64,000 bases of DNA from Raja brachyura (lineage: Eukaryota), in NCBI GenBank assembly GCA_963514005.1, contig OY740785.1, positions 35,588,001 through 35,652,000 on the forward strand, in the 5' to 3' direction. Position numbers and translations under genes: made by a program. Below are positions 12,248 through 24,771 of this stretch, piece by piece. The notes beneath the pieces are model-generated. The model was given only the letters and a program-made list of their open reading frames with translations. It did no database searches and had not been told where the DNA came from. Positions within the stretch are counted from its first letter, which is position 1. Each line of letters starts with the position of its first letter.

Positions 12248-15235
12248 TGTGTGGGGATGAGAACTCCATATAGTCTGTAATCTGCATACTGTCAAGAGTT
12301 TTACCACACCCGCCTGGCGAAATATAGATTGTACTGCTTGGTTGGCCAACATAATATTAAACAATTAGTATGTAAAAATGGAAACCTAAGCAAATATTCC
12401 TGGGTACCCCTTGTCTGACATAGCAACTTTGTTTACAGAGAGAGGGGAGGTGGGGATAAGGAACAAATTTGGGGAGAGAAACAATTGGAAATAGTGTAGA
12501 CTACCTCCCCCGTGCCCTGACCACCAGTCACTAGCAGCAGGAGCGACGACACTCAGATCTGGTGAATAGGAAAGGACTCCAGTATGCCTACAGAAAAGGG
12601 CACCCCCAGATAAGGAAGAACTGATAAGGAAGATGAGGAAGAAGAAGGGAAAGGGTTAAAGGCAGAGGAGGAAGAGCTGGTGAGAGAGTTAAACCACACA
12701 GAGCACCAGGAAAGAGAAACAGCAGATAAATAAGAAGATTGAAAAGATAAAGTAGGATGTCGAGCTGGTGGCTTTCGAGGCATTGTACCTTAACTACCCC
12801 ACAAGAATCGAGGCTGTTCACTTTTGCCCCAAGAACTTTAACATTTTGCAGCCAACAGTCGGTACAGTTTAAAACAACCTTGAAACAAAAGACTCTGACC
12901 TGTTTGAAAAACAGAGCTCGTCTCCCTGGTGGAGAGAGAGGGGGAAAGTCTGAGTAATCGGGCAAGTGTGAGGTGTGGCAAGACCCTGTATGACAGGGAA
13001 TCGGACCAATCCCATTTCAGGGCTTGGTTAATTTCTACCGGCAGTGGATACATTGGTGTCTCCGCCAGGGCACTACAGCAATTCTCGCCAACCCTCTCAC
13101 TCCAATAAGAAGAAGACTTTCGCAACTTAAAAACAGCGCTCGCTACTGCACTAGCTACTGCATGCCTTAACCCTCCTAGTCCAACTGGCCATTATTAAGT
13201 GCTATACACATACAAGTGGCCACAACGAAGTCTCCCGCTGACATTATTGCCCACACAGCAGATTACGAATTCTGCACATTGGTCCCCACAGAACCAAAGG
13301 TTCTAGTAGACATAACAGCTCTTTCAGACAAGGGAATGTAAAGTTAATTAATTATATTGTGAGGATTGTTGAGAATTGTAAAGAAACAACAAATATATGC
13401 TTCAATTTGTTTTCTGTGTAAAATGTAAATCAAGACAAATGCATTTGCGACAATTGAAATTCATTTTAGCAGGGATGATAAAGGGGGATGCAGGAGGAGC
13501 AAATAAATGTTACTACATAATTATGCCTTCCTGCAACTTTCATATTAATTTGTATTGACAAGGAGGGAAGAGAATATGGAAAGTAACACACTTTGAAGCT
13601 TTTAAAGAAACAACCGTTCGTTCAAGAGAGAGTCCAGAGTGTGTTTTGGGTTGAGACCGTTCTTCGGTATGTGTTGTATTTATGAACAAGTATGAACATT
13701 TCTGGTAAATGGCTGGCTGACAAACATGTATGAATCCTGTCAACAGGTCAGCTATCTTATTGTTTTTTCTTAAATTATATTTAAGTATATGGTTTCTGTT
13801 TTATAATTCTCCAAAGCAGGCTTGGTCAAGATTAGCAACACAACAGCACAAGAGATAGTGCCTTTGCCTGATAATAACATATATTAAAATTTAAATTTCT
13901 CTTTTTGTGTGTATCAAGGTTCAAGAGTTTTGCATGATTTCCTTGAGGAGTACATAACTGTGTTTTACTCTTGAATGAGAATTTTATTGCATTAATGTTT
14001 GTGAATATCTGAAATTTAGCATATTGCATGAGGTGTGGAAATTTGGCAGTGAATTTGGCAGTGAGTGAATGGAACAGAAAGAGGGTGTAGAGCGAGTGAG
14101 TTTAAAGACTGTTACTTGTTTGTGGAACCAGTTCTGGGTGAATGTTGAATTAATCATATAATTAAGATGAAAAAGAAAGTCATTGAATGAGCATGCTCAT
14201 TTACATGATAAATCTTTGTAGAATCTCATCTGTTTTAAAAGAGTGTTTCTTTAAGAAGTTGCAGCTGTATTGGCATTGAGTTATTTTCTTTTTTAAAGGG
14301 TCTGCCTTGTAAGTACTTTAAGAGTTTAAGTAAAGCCTTGACTGAGACTGGACAGGACCTTAGTGTGAATTAATTACATAGGCACAGCAATTGACCAGAG
14401 CCTTGTTAGTCTTGCAGAAACCACTGAACCAGAGAAAGGCAGAAAGCACTATCAGCTGACCATAGTGGCAAATCTTTACAACCAGGAGATCAATAACTGA
14501 TAAGAAATTGGGATTGGAGTAAATTGGGACAACGGTGGAAGGAACCCTTCCCAGTACTACTGATTACACCTACATACAGTGAAGGTCGAAAATAATGCCC
14601 GTTGGATACACCTAACTTATTGTGAAATAATTGCAAACTGAAAAAAGGAAGTATGAACTTGGATGTCCTCCTGCAAGACTGGAGGTAAAAGGAAACCATA
14701 CACACACATAAAAAAAGCCAGTATTTATAGAATCTTGTTAAAACCAGCCATGAACATAAGCGAACGCACAACACTGAATTATACACGTGCCTCCCTAATC
14801 CCGGATATTTGGAACGAGTCTCCCCCTGGTTGAACAAACTTGAACAACTAACAGTAACCCCTTATTTGTTCTTGGGGTCCCGGGATTAGGAATAAAACCA
14901 AAGGGATTGATTTGAAATGAGAGACACCTTTGAGTCACACTTAACCATAACTACTCGACATCTAGCAACAGCGAAAGAAGTTGGAAAAATTATAAATGGC
15001 TGAAGGACAGACAATTCATGTTTTAAAGTTGCCAATGACACAGAAGGAAAGATCACATGGGTCAGAAAGGAATGGGACACTATGAAAAGCAACAGGTGCC
15101 TACTATGGTTCTGGTCCACAGTAGGCAGCATACTGTCAAGAGTTTTACCACACCCGCTGGGCGCAATAAAAATTGTACTGCTTGATCACTGATTTTATTT
15201 GTGTTTTGTTTGTTTAAGAATACTGAACCACAACA
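12248..15235 (+). mobile_element. Degenerate class I (gamma/epsilon-like) endogenous retrovirus
   Basis: 57-bp direct repeats at 12284-12340 and 15128-15184, the 3' copy with AATAAA and a downstream CA end. RT thumb FQGLVNFYRQWI at 13015-13050, EEDFRNLKTALATA at ~13109, and integrase C-terminus LQPGDQ*LIR...RWKEPFPVLLITPT/TVKV...WIH at 14476-14620. Confidence 0.8.
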
Positions 15236-15945
15236 GGTGCAAGCTGATTTACTTTAAATAGAGGTTTTATTTGAGCATTTACAGCAATTCTCCAATAGTA
15301 ATCATACTTGATTGAAGCTTGGGCTTTAAAAGACTTGTAATGAATTTGATATACAGATTGGTCTGTTGTAATGTAATAGTTGCTTTCTTTAAATTACCTC
15401 ATGTTATAGAAAATTATATTGTAGTTGTGTCAATGGGGGAAAGGACATTAATGGCTAGTGTTTCAAGCTCACAATAACAATATGATATTTCTTGCAGGAT
15501 TTTCAAAACTAAAACTATTTTCATAGCAATAAGGTTATTTTCGTTACCTCAAGCTTAAATACTTGTCTACATGCAATATCGTTTAATAATATTGTTGAAC
15601 AAATGTCAATTGAAGTGATTGCATTTCAATTTCAATGGCCACCCATGTTTAATGTAGTGTATATGTCAATGGTGTATGTGATTACTGTGGAGAGGTTACG
15701 TGGAAAGCGTTTTTCCCCCCCTGTACTGTTGAAATTCAAGACAGCTTTTTTTTCTGCAAGACAATTTCCAAAGTAATTTTAAGTTGTAAGTTGTTCTCCA
15801 ATTCCCAGTTGATATCACATTATAATGAATTTAGCCCAGGTAATGCAAAATAGAGTTCACCAATTCATTACACATGTTATATCCAGTTTGTGTTTTGGAA
15901 ACAGACGTCATAGCAGATCCACTTGTACTTAGTGTTCAAATTTAC

Positions 15946-16111
15946 CTCCGTAAGATTCCTCCTAAGAGAGAAGCATTGAGACATTCTGGTGGTGAGAGGC
16001 GCCTTTTCACTTCTGCAATGGTCACTTTATATTTGGAAGTGGAACTGAGTAGTGACAAACGTCCAGGAACAGAACAAAACAGGTCTGTCGGATTCACAAC
16101 GCATGTGCTAC
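15946..16111 (-). CDS. TFAP2D: AP-2 delta coding exon 4 ([56 protein letters not shown]), start of the basic DNA-binding domain
   Basis: 166 bp, acceptor ttttcag|GT, donor CGG AG|gtaaa. Phase 1 matches exon 3. Contains the AP-2 family motif [17 protein letters not shown]...[16 protein letters not shown]. Confidence 0.98.
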
Positions 16112-16279
16112 CTGAAAATAAATCAATAGATTATGAAATATTAATTAGGTTGATAGACTTCACAACACCAACAGTTAGTTTAAAGACATGCACAAAGGTA
16201 AATATCAATTTGAAATATTTCAACATCAATATGCATGTGATCTGAAAAATACACATTTGGCAACAAGCATGGTAGTATG

Positions 16280-16425
16280 GTATAGGAAGGAATTGCAGAT
16301 GCTGGTTTAAACCAAAGATAGACACAAAATGCTGGAGTAACTCAGCGGGACAGGCAACATCTCTGGAGAGAAGGAATGGGTAACGTTAGGGGTCGAGACC
16401 AATTTTCAGACCCTTCTTCAGATGG
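16280..16425. mobile_element. Penelope-type terminal repeat fragment
   Basis: GGAATTGCAGATGCTGG...CTCAGCGGG...GGGTCGAGACC...CCCTTCTTCAG. Related copies at ~7660-7790, 22120-22330, 22390-22570, 28110-28300, 30230-30390, 52420-52500, 53550-53647 and 59180-59350. Confidence 0.75.
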
Positions 16426-16769
16426 TAGCATCGTTATTAATAGAAAATTTAAATTGTTATGTGATTGGTGGCTTTTCAAGACTAAATGACAAAATAGTCT
16501 AAAGAAGAAATTAGGTGTCTCATCCTATTGAGACAAGTCAGAAAGCTGTGTTTCAGCAGCATAACAATGTGCAGCCTATTAAAGAGCATCGTTGGATACT
16601 CAACCTTATTCTTGAGGTAGCAATGCATGCTGATCGACAGCTCTGGAATTACAATTCTATTTTACCATTATTTCTCTCTATTTAATGCTCATTTGTAATA
16701 TAAACTACAGTGAAGTATTATACTACTCATCACTGTAGACCAAGACGTCAAAATGAAATATGAATTGGG

Positions 16770-17250
16770 TTGATACAATTCAGATTGAGTTCCATTAGCC
16801 CATTTAATGGTCCTAATCCCATTTAACATTTCCCGTCCGTCCAAATATGTTTTAAATGTTGTTATTGTATTAGTCTCAACTATTTCCCCTGGCAACCCTC
16901 TTCATGCACCCACCAACCACTGTGTGAAAATGCTGCCTCTCAGGTACCTGTTAAATCTTTCGCCTCACCTTTCATTGTGCCCTTTAGGTCTTACCCTGGG
17001 ATAAAGATCCTGTGTATTCAACCTATTAATTCCCCTCATGGTTTGCTACATTTCCATAAGATCAACCCTCAGCCTCCTGTGCTCCAAGGAATAAAGCCCT
17101 AGCATGAGCAATCTCTCCCCATTGCTCAGACCCATGAGACCTGGCAACATTCTCGGAAATTGTTTCTGCATGCTTTCCAGCTTAATGGCTTTTTTTCCAA
17201 TAGCACGGTGAGCAAAACTGAACGTAATACATCAAGTGCGGCCTCACTTG
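16770..17250 (-). mobile_element. Old CR1 3' fragment
   Basis: LPGEIVETNTITTFKTYLD, followed by another old + strand CR1 RT remnant at ~17300-17800. Confidence 0.75.
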
Positions 17251-18139
17251 CAATTCTTGCACAAAGCAAGAAGATGAACTTACTGAGGAGGATCATAATG
17301 AAAGATCAAATCTTGCAGGCTATTTGAACAAATTTAAGTATCTATATGTGGAGCTAGCGACTCTTGGAAAGTTTGAAGCCGAAACTCTATTGACACAGAC
17401 AGACAAACTCGTCAAAGATGAGTCATTCATGCAATTGAATCTTGGGAAGTTGGCAAATTAGATCTGAAATTGACTTGCTAATAGGAGTGTGAATGGATGT
17501 TTGACCAGTCATATATCACAGACATCTGCATTTTGACCCTTAATATTTTGTGAAATGTGTTAATGGTTTGGATACAAACATGGGACTTATATTTGCAAGT
17601 TTGTAGATGATATATACATTTTTGCTATTATTGATATTGAGGAGGGTGGTGTTAGACTACAGGTTGAATGCTAATGGAATGTAATCCTGGTACAGGTAAG
17701 GTAATGCACTTTGGGAGGACTAATAAGGCTAACGTATACACAATGAATAATGAAGCCCTACAGTATCTGAGAAATGGAGGGAACTTAGTTCAAGGATCCC
17801 CGAGGTTGACAACATCTCCATCAAGCCTCATTCCCGGGACCTGTGGGCCATCAACAAATATTTATATATGCACAATGTTGGAGAAATGCAATTTATTGCC
17901 ATTTATTATTGCTCTTGGAAAAAGTGATCCTAAGCTGCCTTGAATCACCAGTTTCTCACAATGCAGTACAAATCTAGCCTGGCTTGTCTACCCTGCTGGA
18001 GTGGTGACCATCCAAATTTGGTCAATGGTTCAATGGTTCAATGTTTTTTTTATTGTCACCTATGCATAGCACAGTGCATTCTATTTGCACAACCCACAAA
18101 TGCACAATCAACTTTTTTTCGTAAATTCACAAGTGATAC

Positions 18140-18345
18140 GAGCAGAATTAGGCCATTCGGCCATGGTCTACTCCGCCATTCAATCATGGCTGATCTATCT
18201 TTACCTCGAAACCCCATTCTCCTGCCCTCTTCCCACAATCCCTGACACCTGTACTAATCAAGAATCTATCTATCTCTGCCTTAAAAATACCCATTGTCTT
18301 GGGCTCCACAGCCTTCTGTGGCAATGAATTCCACAGATTCACCAC
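18140..18345 (-). mobile_element. CR1 3' UTR fragment
   Basis: GCAGAATTAGGCCATTCGG...ACAGCCTTCTGTGGCAATGAATTCCACAGATTCACC. Confidence 0.8.
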
Positions 18346-19779
18346 ACCTATTCCGGTGCCATTTACAAGGAAAAAATTCCAAAGTGGAAAACCTGGTCCA
18401 CATGCTCAAAGTACTGGAGTGCATCTGCACTGGATGAAGAAGGAAGCTCATCAACGTGACATGGATCGACGTGGTCATTGTGGGATGAATAGTCTGTTCT
18501 TATGCAGGACTGAGCTATTTTTGAAACATGGAAACATCCAAATGGAAGTTTGGGGTGGCAATAAATCCTGGCTTGCCAACATGTTGACATTCACATTTTG
18601 TTTTTAATCACTGGCATGTGATCTTGGAGAATGAGGCTTGTGCTTCATCTGCATGATCAGAATAATTTTATAACAAATTACTTGTTTTGTGAATCTTTTA
18701 ATTAGAACTATCTTGAACATTGCCTTGAAAGCCTGCTATATTATGTTCGAGATAATTGGAACTATAATTTATAAATCTAACATCATAATTTACCAATGTT
18801 AATAATGTGCACCAAGTTTATTGAGCAACCAGCAATTATATATCTGCAATCCTGGCCTCTTCTAGGCTAATACATCAATTTCTAAAAAAATATAATGAAA
18901 CCATTAACATTTATTTTGAATGTGTTTATAAGTACCACTTATTATAGGCAACATTAATGCCTGTTATCATTTTATTAGGATATAAAGGTAGAAATTATTG
19001 TTGTCAACATGAGCACAAACCTTGTTGCATTTCCATTATATATTTGTGTTAATATGTGTTTGGATTGTGAATTAATAAACACTCATGTATGTATCAGATT
19101 TAAGAGCAGGAGTAGATCATTCAGCTCTGAGAGAATCTCCATCACTCATTAATTAATTAATGATATGATGAATTTACCTCTGGTTAGTGGTGATCGTATG
19201 ATTGGATGGGTCTAGCAGGCTAAGAGCTAAATGCAGGCAAATGGAACTAGCCCAGTATGCCAATTGGGATTGCATGGACAAGATGAGCGATGGGTCTGTT
19301 ACCATGCTATACAGCTCTATAACTCTGCAATACGAGTGAATTTACCAAAGAGTTTGAATGAGAGAACTGTGGATCCAAGTCTAGTATTTTAAGCTTAGGT
19401 AAGGGCTACTGTGAGGCCATAAAATCAGCAGTGGCTGAAATGAACTGGCAAATTAGGTTGCATGATCAGTGAATTGAGGCAATTACAGATATTTATGGTA
19501 ATCTTTCAGAATGGACCAAAAGATAGCAGATGGAATTCAGTCACTAAAAATGTGAGTTGATGCATTTTGGTAGCTATAGAAACACTGGGATATAGACAGT
19601 GGATGCTGGGATCCTTGGAAGTAGTGAGGAGCAGGATGGGGACCTTTGGGTACATGTCACCAACTTTGATATCAGTGAGAAATAGGTGACAGCAGTCCCC
19701 TGAATCCTGAAGGCAGGTGATTAACAAGACATATGGATTACTTCACAAACAGGGTTAGAACAGAAGTGCAGGGAGGCCC

Positions 19780-20040
19780 ACAGAGTCTGTGCCAACCAGT
19801 GATGATCCTGTACTCTTGCACTATCCTACATACCAGGGATAATTTACAATTTGTACCAAAGCCAATTAACCTACAAGCATGGCCATCTTTGGAGTGTGGG
19901 AGGAAACCTGAGCACCCGGAGAAAACCCACATAGTCATTTGGAGAACATACAAACTTGGTACAACCAGCACCCATTGTTAGGATCTAACCCGGGTCTCTG
20001 GCACTGAAAGGCAGTAACACTACCACTGCACCACTGTGCC
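19780..20040 (-). mobile_element. HE1-type V-SINE
   Basis: Reverse V-domain TTTGGAGTGTGGGAGGAAACC...CACCCGGAGAAAACCCAC. A second, older copy lies at ~20345-20660. Confidence 0.85.
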
Positions 20041-20889
20041 AATCTTCTCTGAAGCAGCGTTGAACCATACATTGGGCACAACAGAGATTCGCATTGGTCG
20101 TTTGGAAAGATTTCTTTGTGAGGATATTGTGAATCAATGTGTTCTCTACACAAGTTTGACTAAAAGTCATCCTGCAGAATGTCATGCATCTCAGTGACCA
20201 TCACCTCAGATATCTGAACCTGTAAATACGTAGTTCAGTGGAGAGGTCCAATTAGTATGTGTAGGTTACTTCTGGATGGGCTTCCTGGCATAAAATACCC
20301 ACCTATCTTATGTAGACAGTCATTGTCATGTTACAGATGAAGGAGTTATGGAGCCATGGAAAAATACAGCATAGAAACAGGCTCTTTGGCCCAATATGTC
20401 TCCATCAACCACTAACCACCAACCACTTAAATACACTCGTCCTACATTGATTTCAGTTTTTATTGAATTCTCCACAGATTCTACCACTCATCTGCACATG
20501 TGAGGCAATTTCTAGGCGTTAATTAACCGACCAATCTATACATCTTTTGGAGGGGGGAGACTGAAGCACCCTGAGGCAACCCATGCAGGGAAGATGTATA
20601 AACTTCAGACAGTAAGATCATGATTGAACCTCGGTCTCCAGCAGCACCACTGCATTACCCCATATAAAATCCCACAATGGAGTTCTGCCAGTGATGCTAT
20701 CACTAAAATGCTCATTGAATGAACATATCAGCAACTCAAAGTGAGAGAAAGCATTTTGTCAGTTGTAGCATGTTCTGTGAACTTTGCATAATAATCTACG
20801 GTGAGTTTGGAAACTACTCTGTGAAGTTTCTCCATATCAGAAGACTGTCCTATGGGAGAGTTCGATATTGACTTTCCAATTTTTTTTTA

Positions 20890-21060
20890 AGGTGGAGATT
20901 GATAGATTCTTGATTAGTATGGGTGTCAGGGGTTATGGGGAGAAGGCAGTAGAATTGGGTTTGGAGGGAAGGATAGATCAGCCATGATTAAATAGACTTT
21001 ATTGAGTAGACTTTATGGGCCGAATGGCCTAATTCTGGTCCTATATCTTATGAACTTATG
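20890..21060 (+). mobile_element. CR1 3' UTR fragment
   Basis: Same family as 2265-2470, with an (ATGAACTT) tail. Another CR1 end lies at ~21735-21965. Confidence 0.75.
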
Positions 21061-23245
21061 ATTGTGATAGGTTGCATCCTAAGACAGTCACTTACATTGA
21101 TATAGGTGGAAATGGATGCTGTATGAGTAGTGATGTCTTTGGGTGCTCATCTGACACTGGAAGAGGTTAAACAAACTAACACAAATAACATTTATGTCCA
21201 TTTGGAAATGTGGTCGTTAGGGTGCTTCATTCATAGTTACATTTATGTTTGTATGAAATAAAAGTGCTCATTGAACCAATTAATAAACCAAGTGTGTGTG
21301 GATTTCTCGAGGAATCTGGGTCTCTTTTAACTCCAGTTACCTCAGTACCATTCATACATACTTGAATTTTTAATAGTATATTTTCAAGAATTCAAGATTT
21401 CAAAATTCAATTTAATTGTCACGTACCAATTAAGGTACAGTGATATTTGGGTGAAATTTCAACTAATGTGAATTCATCTTTGACCACAATTGTTCTGGCC
21501 AGATCAAATTTTATTTCAAATCATTTTTAATAACACATTGTAACCTATAAATTTGGTAAATGTTTATGAGTTTTTGGTGAGTTTTTGAATTCATGTCAAT
21601 TTGTAAATTGGAAAGAGCATTAACAATATTTTTCCAGTATATTCAAGTGCAAATCCAGCAACATTTCTTTACTAAGTACCTGTCACTTTCCACATTTCAG
21701 TCAATTTCAACTTCAACCATATATACAGTTTTAAGGTTGAAAGGGGTAACTAGAGAAATAGCGGGACCTCTCAGGAATCAAAGCAGTCATCGTCCCATCA
21801 TTTAAGAAACAGTTAGACAGGTACATGGATAGGACGGGTTTGGAGCAATATGGACCAAGCGCAGGCAAGTGGGACTAATGTAGCTGGGACATTGTTGGCT
21901 GGTGTGTGCAAGTTGGGCCAAAGGGCCTGTTTCTACACTGTATCACTCTCTGCCTCTATGATTCTACCTATAATACTTTCCTGAATGGAATCGTAACCAA
22001 ATACTTTTGCTTATCAAGATGCTTCCAATTGTCAGATTTTCCACAGTGTTCTTGGAATTCAATTTCAAATAAACACCAAGAAGATATAAATCCAGGACAT
22101 AAATATCAAATATAAAATAAAAACAGAAGATGCTGGAAACAGGAGATCAGGGCACAATATGGAAAGAGAAACCGAGTTAATGTTGATGATCCTTCAACTT
22201 GTAACGTTGACCCTGTTTCTCTCTGCACTAATAATGCCCGACCTGCTGAGTGTTTGTAAATCGCTGTTGATTTACAGTTTTAACTATTTAATTCAAATTT
22301 TTCTGTTTGATTTCAGATTTCCAGCATTTGCAATTTTTTTTTATGTGAGACAAATATCAAGAAACTACTGATGAATGAAATTTTAGAAATACTACAACGT
22401 GTCAATAAGTTAGGCAGCAAACGGAGAGACGAAAATGTTGTTAACATTTCAAGCCTACGATCCTTCAATAGTCTGAAGTATGGTAAGTCTGAAGAAGGGT
22501 GAAAAAAAGGGGGAAACATCACCTATCCATTATCTCCATCTATGCTACCTGACCCAATGAGATATTCTGTGTTTTCTTCAAAGGTATTATATAAGAAATC
22601 CCCCTGACTGTCTACACTTTGTAATATTCATATTAGCAGGATTGATCTACTTTTATACGTATTACAAATTCCTACTTGCAACTATTCAAGACGTTGACGA
22701 TTAACATTGTCAACAATGTTTGCAAGGGAATGCCACATGGGGGACCTATTAACTGGTGTCATTTAGTGCATTGTTCTGTTGTCTGTTGTGCATTTGCTCT
22801 GTTGTTTATCTGCTCAATCTACCATACAATGTTTCATGCAAAAGTCTTGCAAATGAGATAACATCAAAAAAAGATTTAAGAAAGCAGTTTGGAACATGAG
22901 AAACCAGCAGATTGCCCATCCACCATCATCAAGATTCACTCCCTTTTACCACAGATCCCAATGACTTTGAAGTCCTTTATCGACAAAATGCATAACAGTT
23001 GCTTGCCTAGACTACTTCGACAGCACCTTTTAAATTTGTCACCTCTATCATCTAGAAGTTCAATGTGTTGTTATCCTTTTAGTCATAAAATGTCACCCCC
23101 CCCCCCCCCCCCCCATCCTAGTTTGGAAATGTATTACCATTCCCTGGTCAAGGTTGGGTCTAAATTTTCCAGCTTACAATCAACTCTCCAAGTATGCCGT
23201 ATGAGGGCAGCACTGTGGTGCAGCTGGTAGTGCTGCTGCCTAACA

Positions 23246-23505
23246 TAGAAACATAGAAAAAACATAGAAAATAGGTGCAGGAGTAGGCCATTCGGCCCTT
23301 CGAGCCTGCACCGCCATTCAATGTGATCATGGCTGATCATCCAACTCAGTATCCCGTACCTGCCTTCTCTCCATACCCCCTGATCCCTTTAGCCACAAGT
23401 GCCACATCTAACGCCCTCTTAAATATAGCCAATGAACTGGCCTCAACTACCTTCTGTGGCAGAGAATTCCAGAGACTCACCACTCTCTGTGTAAAGAGAG
23501 TCTGT
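23246..23505 (-). mobile_element. CR1 3' fragment inserted into the SINE head
   Basis: ORF 23346..23537 LFTQRVVSLWNSLPQKVVEA, a (TTCTATGT)n tail, and CTAACAT on both sides as a TSD. Confidence 0.9.
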
Positions 23506-23753
23506 CTAACATCTTCAGAGATTCGGGTTTCAGCCACAGCTCAGCTGCTATCTGTGTTGAGTTTGCCCGTTCACCCTGTGACTGCATGGGTTTCCTCCAG
23601 GTGCTCTGGTTTCCTCCCACATCCCAAAGACGTGCAGGTTTGTAGGTTTATTGGTGCTCTGTAAATTGTCCCATAGTGTGTAGGGAATGGATGCAAAAGT
23701 TGGATAACATAGAACTCATGTGAACGGGAGATCGATGGTCGGCATAGACTCGG

Positions 23754-24771
23754 AGTAGCAATGTTACAAAATTTTGAGACTTTAAAAATCAAGTCTGCAA
23801 TTTATCCCATCAGATAAAGGATAAAAATAAGTTTAATTTGACACCTAATTCACTTTCATATCTTCAGTACTGAGAAAGTTATGATCATTTCATACTCGGA
23901 AATTAGCATCTTGTTCCCCATTGCCTTTCAATTGACTTAACTCAAAAGCTGTGATCTAGAACAGTTAAAAGCCCATAACTTTCTTAAAAATTAAGAGAAC
24001 TCAATGAATTTTTCAGTTATTATAGATTGAAGCATTCTGAAACAAATGTGACACAATCTTACTTGGATGACCTGAAATTAAAGGATATAATTAGTTAGTT
24101 ATCTAATTGTAGCTAATTACAAAATTCAATGAGTAGATCTAAACATCTATCCATTTCTTAAGAAAAGATAAACTTTTTTAAAATTGCCTAAGTGTCCAAA
24201 TAACATTCACACAATGATCCACAATATAACATAATCGTTAAATCTCATTTTCATGAATTTATAGGCCAAATGGAAGGAATTTAGTGTTTAATGCCTGTAA
24301 ATTAATGGCCATTTAAATCAACTAGCAAGTGGTTTTTAGTGGAATGCGGTGGATTAGAACGTTGCGGTTTGCGGTGAAGTCAGTATGAAAAATACAGCCG
24401 GTTCATACATTTTTTTTGTCCCCTTTTCGCAACATGAAAATGTGATTAAAGCCTTCCTAAAAACCAAGTTTTTAATGTAAAAATAAACTGTGTAGCTTCT
24501 TTTATCGCCTACCTTAGGTCCGTTCTGCTGTCCCTATTCAGAGTTTAGAAGATGATTTTTAAACTATTCTAGTTAATAAATAATCTAGAGTAGTTTAAAA
24601 ATACCTTTATGAATGAAATGTCGGAGCGATTTCTCTTTAGCGATGAAATCGCCCGACATGGATCGAATCGGCATTTTAAACCCGTCCCCCTCTGAAAGGC
24701 ACTAAAGTCGCGCACACGGGGAGCGGCAGAACTGCAGCGCTGCTAAAGGTAGGTATTGTAGCATACCTACT
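23754..24771. mobile_element. Non-autonomous TIR DNA transposon (1018 bp) with a probable 3-bp TSD
   Basis: Left end AGTAGCAATGTTACAA, right end reverse complement AGTAGGTATGCTACAA. Flanks are CGG and CAG inside the SINE sequence GACTCGGTGG. No ORF in the track. Confidence 0.8.

Noticed and set aside
15874-16245. 123-aa plus-strand ORF (and the 86-aa ORF at 37234..37494)
   Set aside because: These are antisense shadows of TFAP2D exons 4 and 2.
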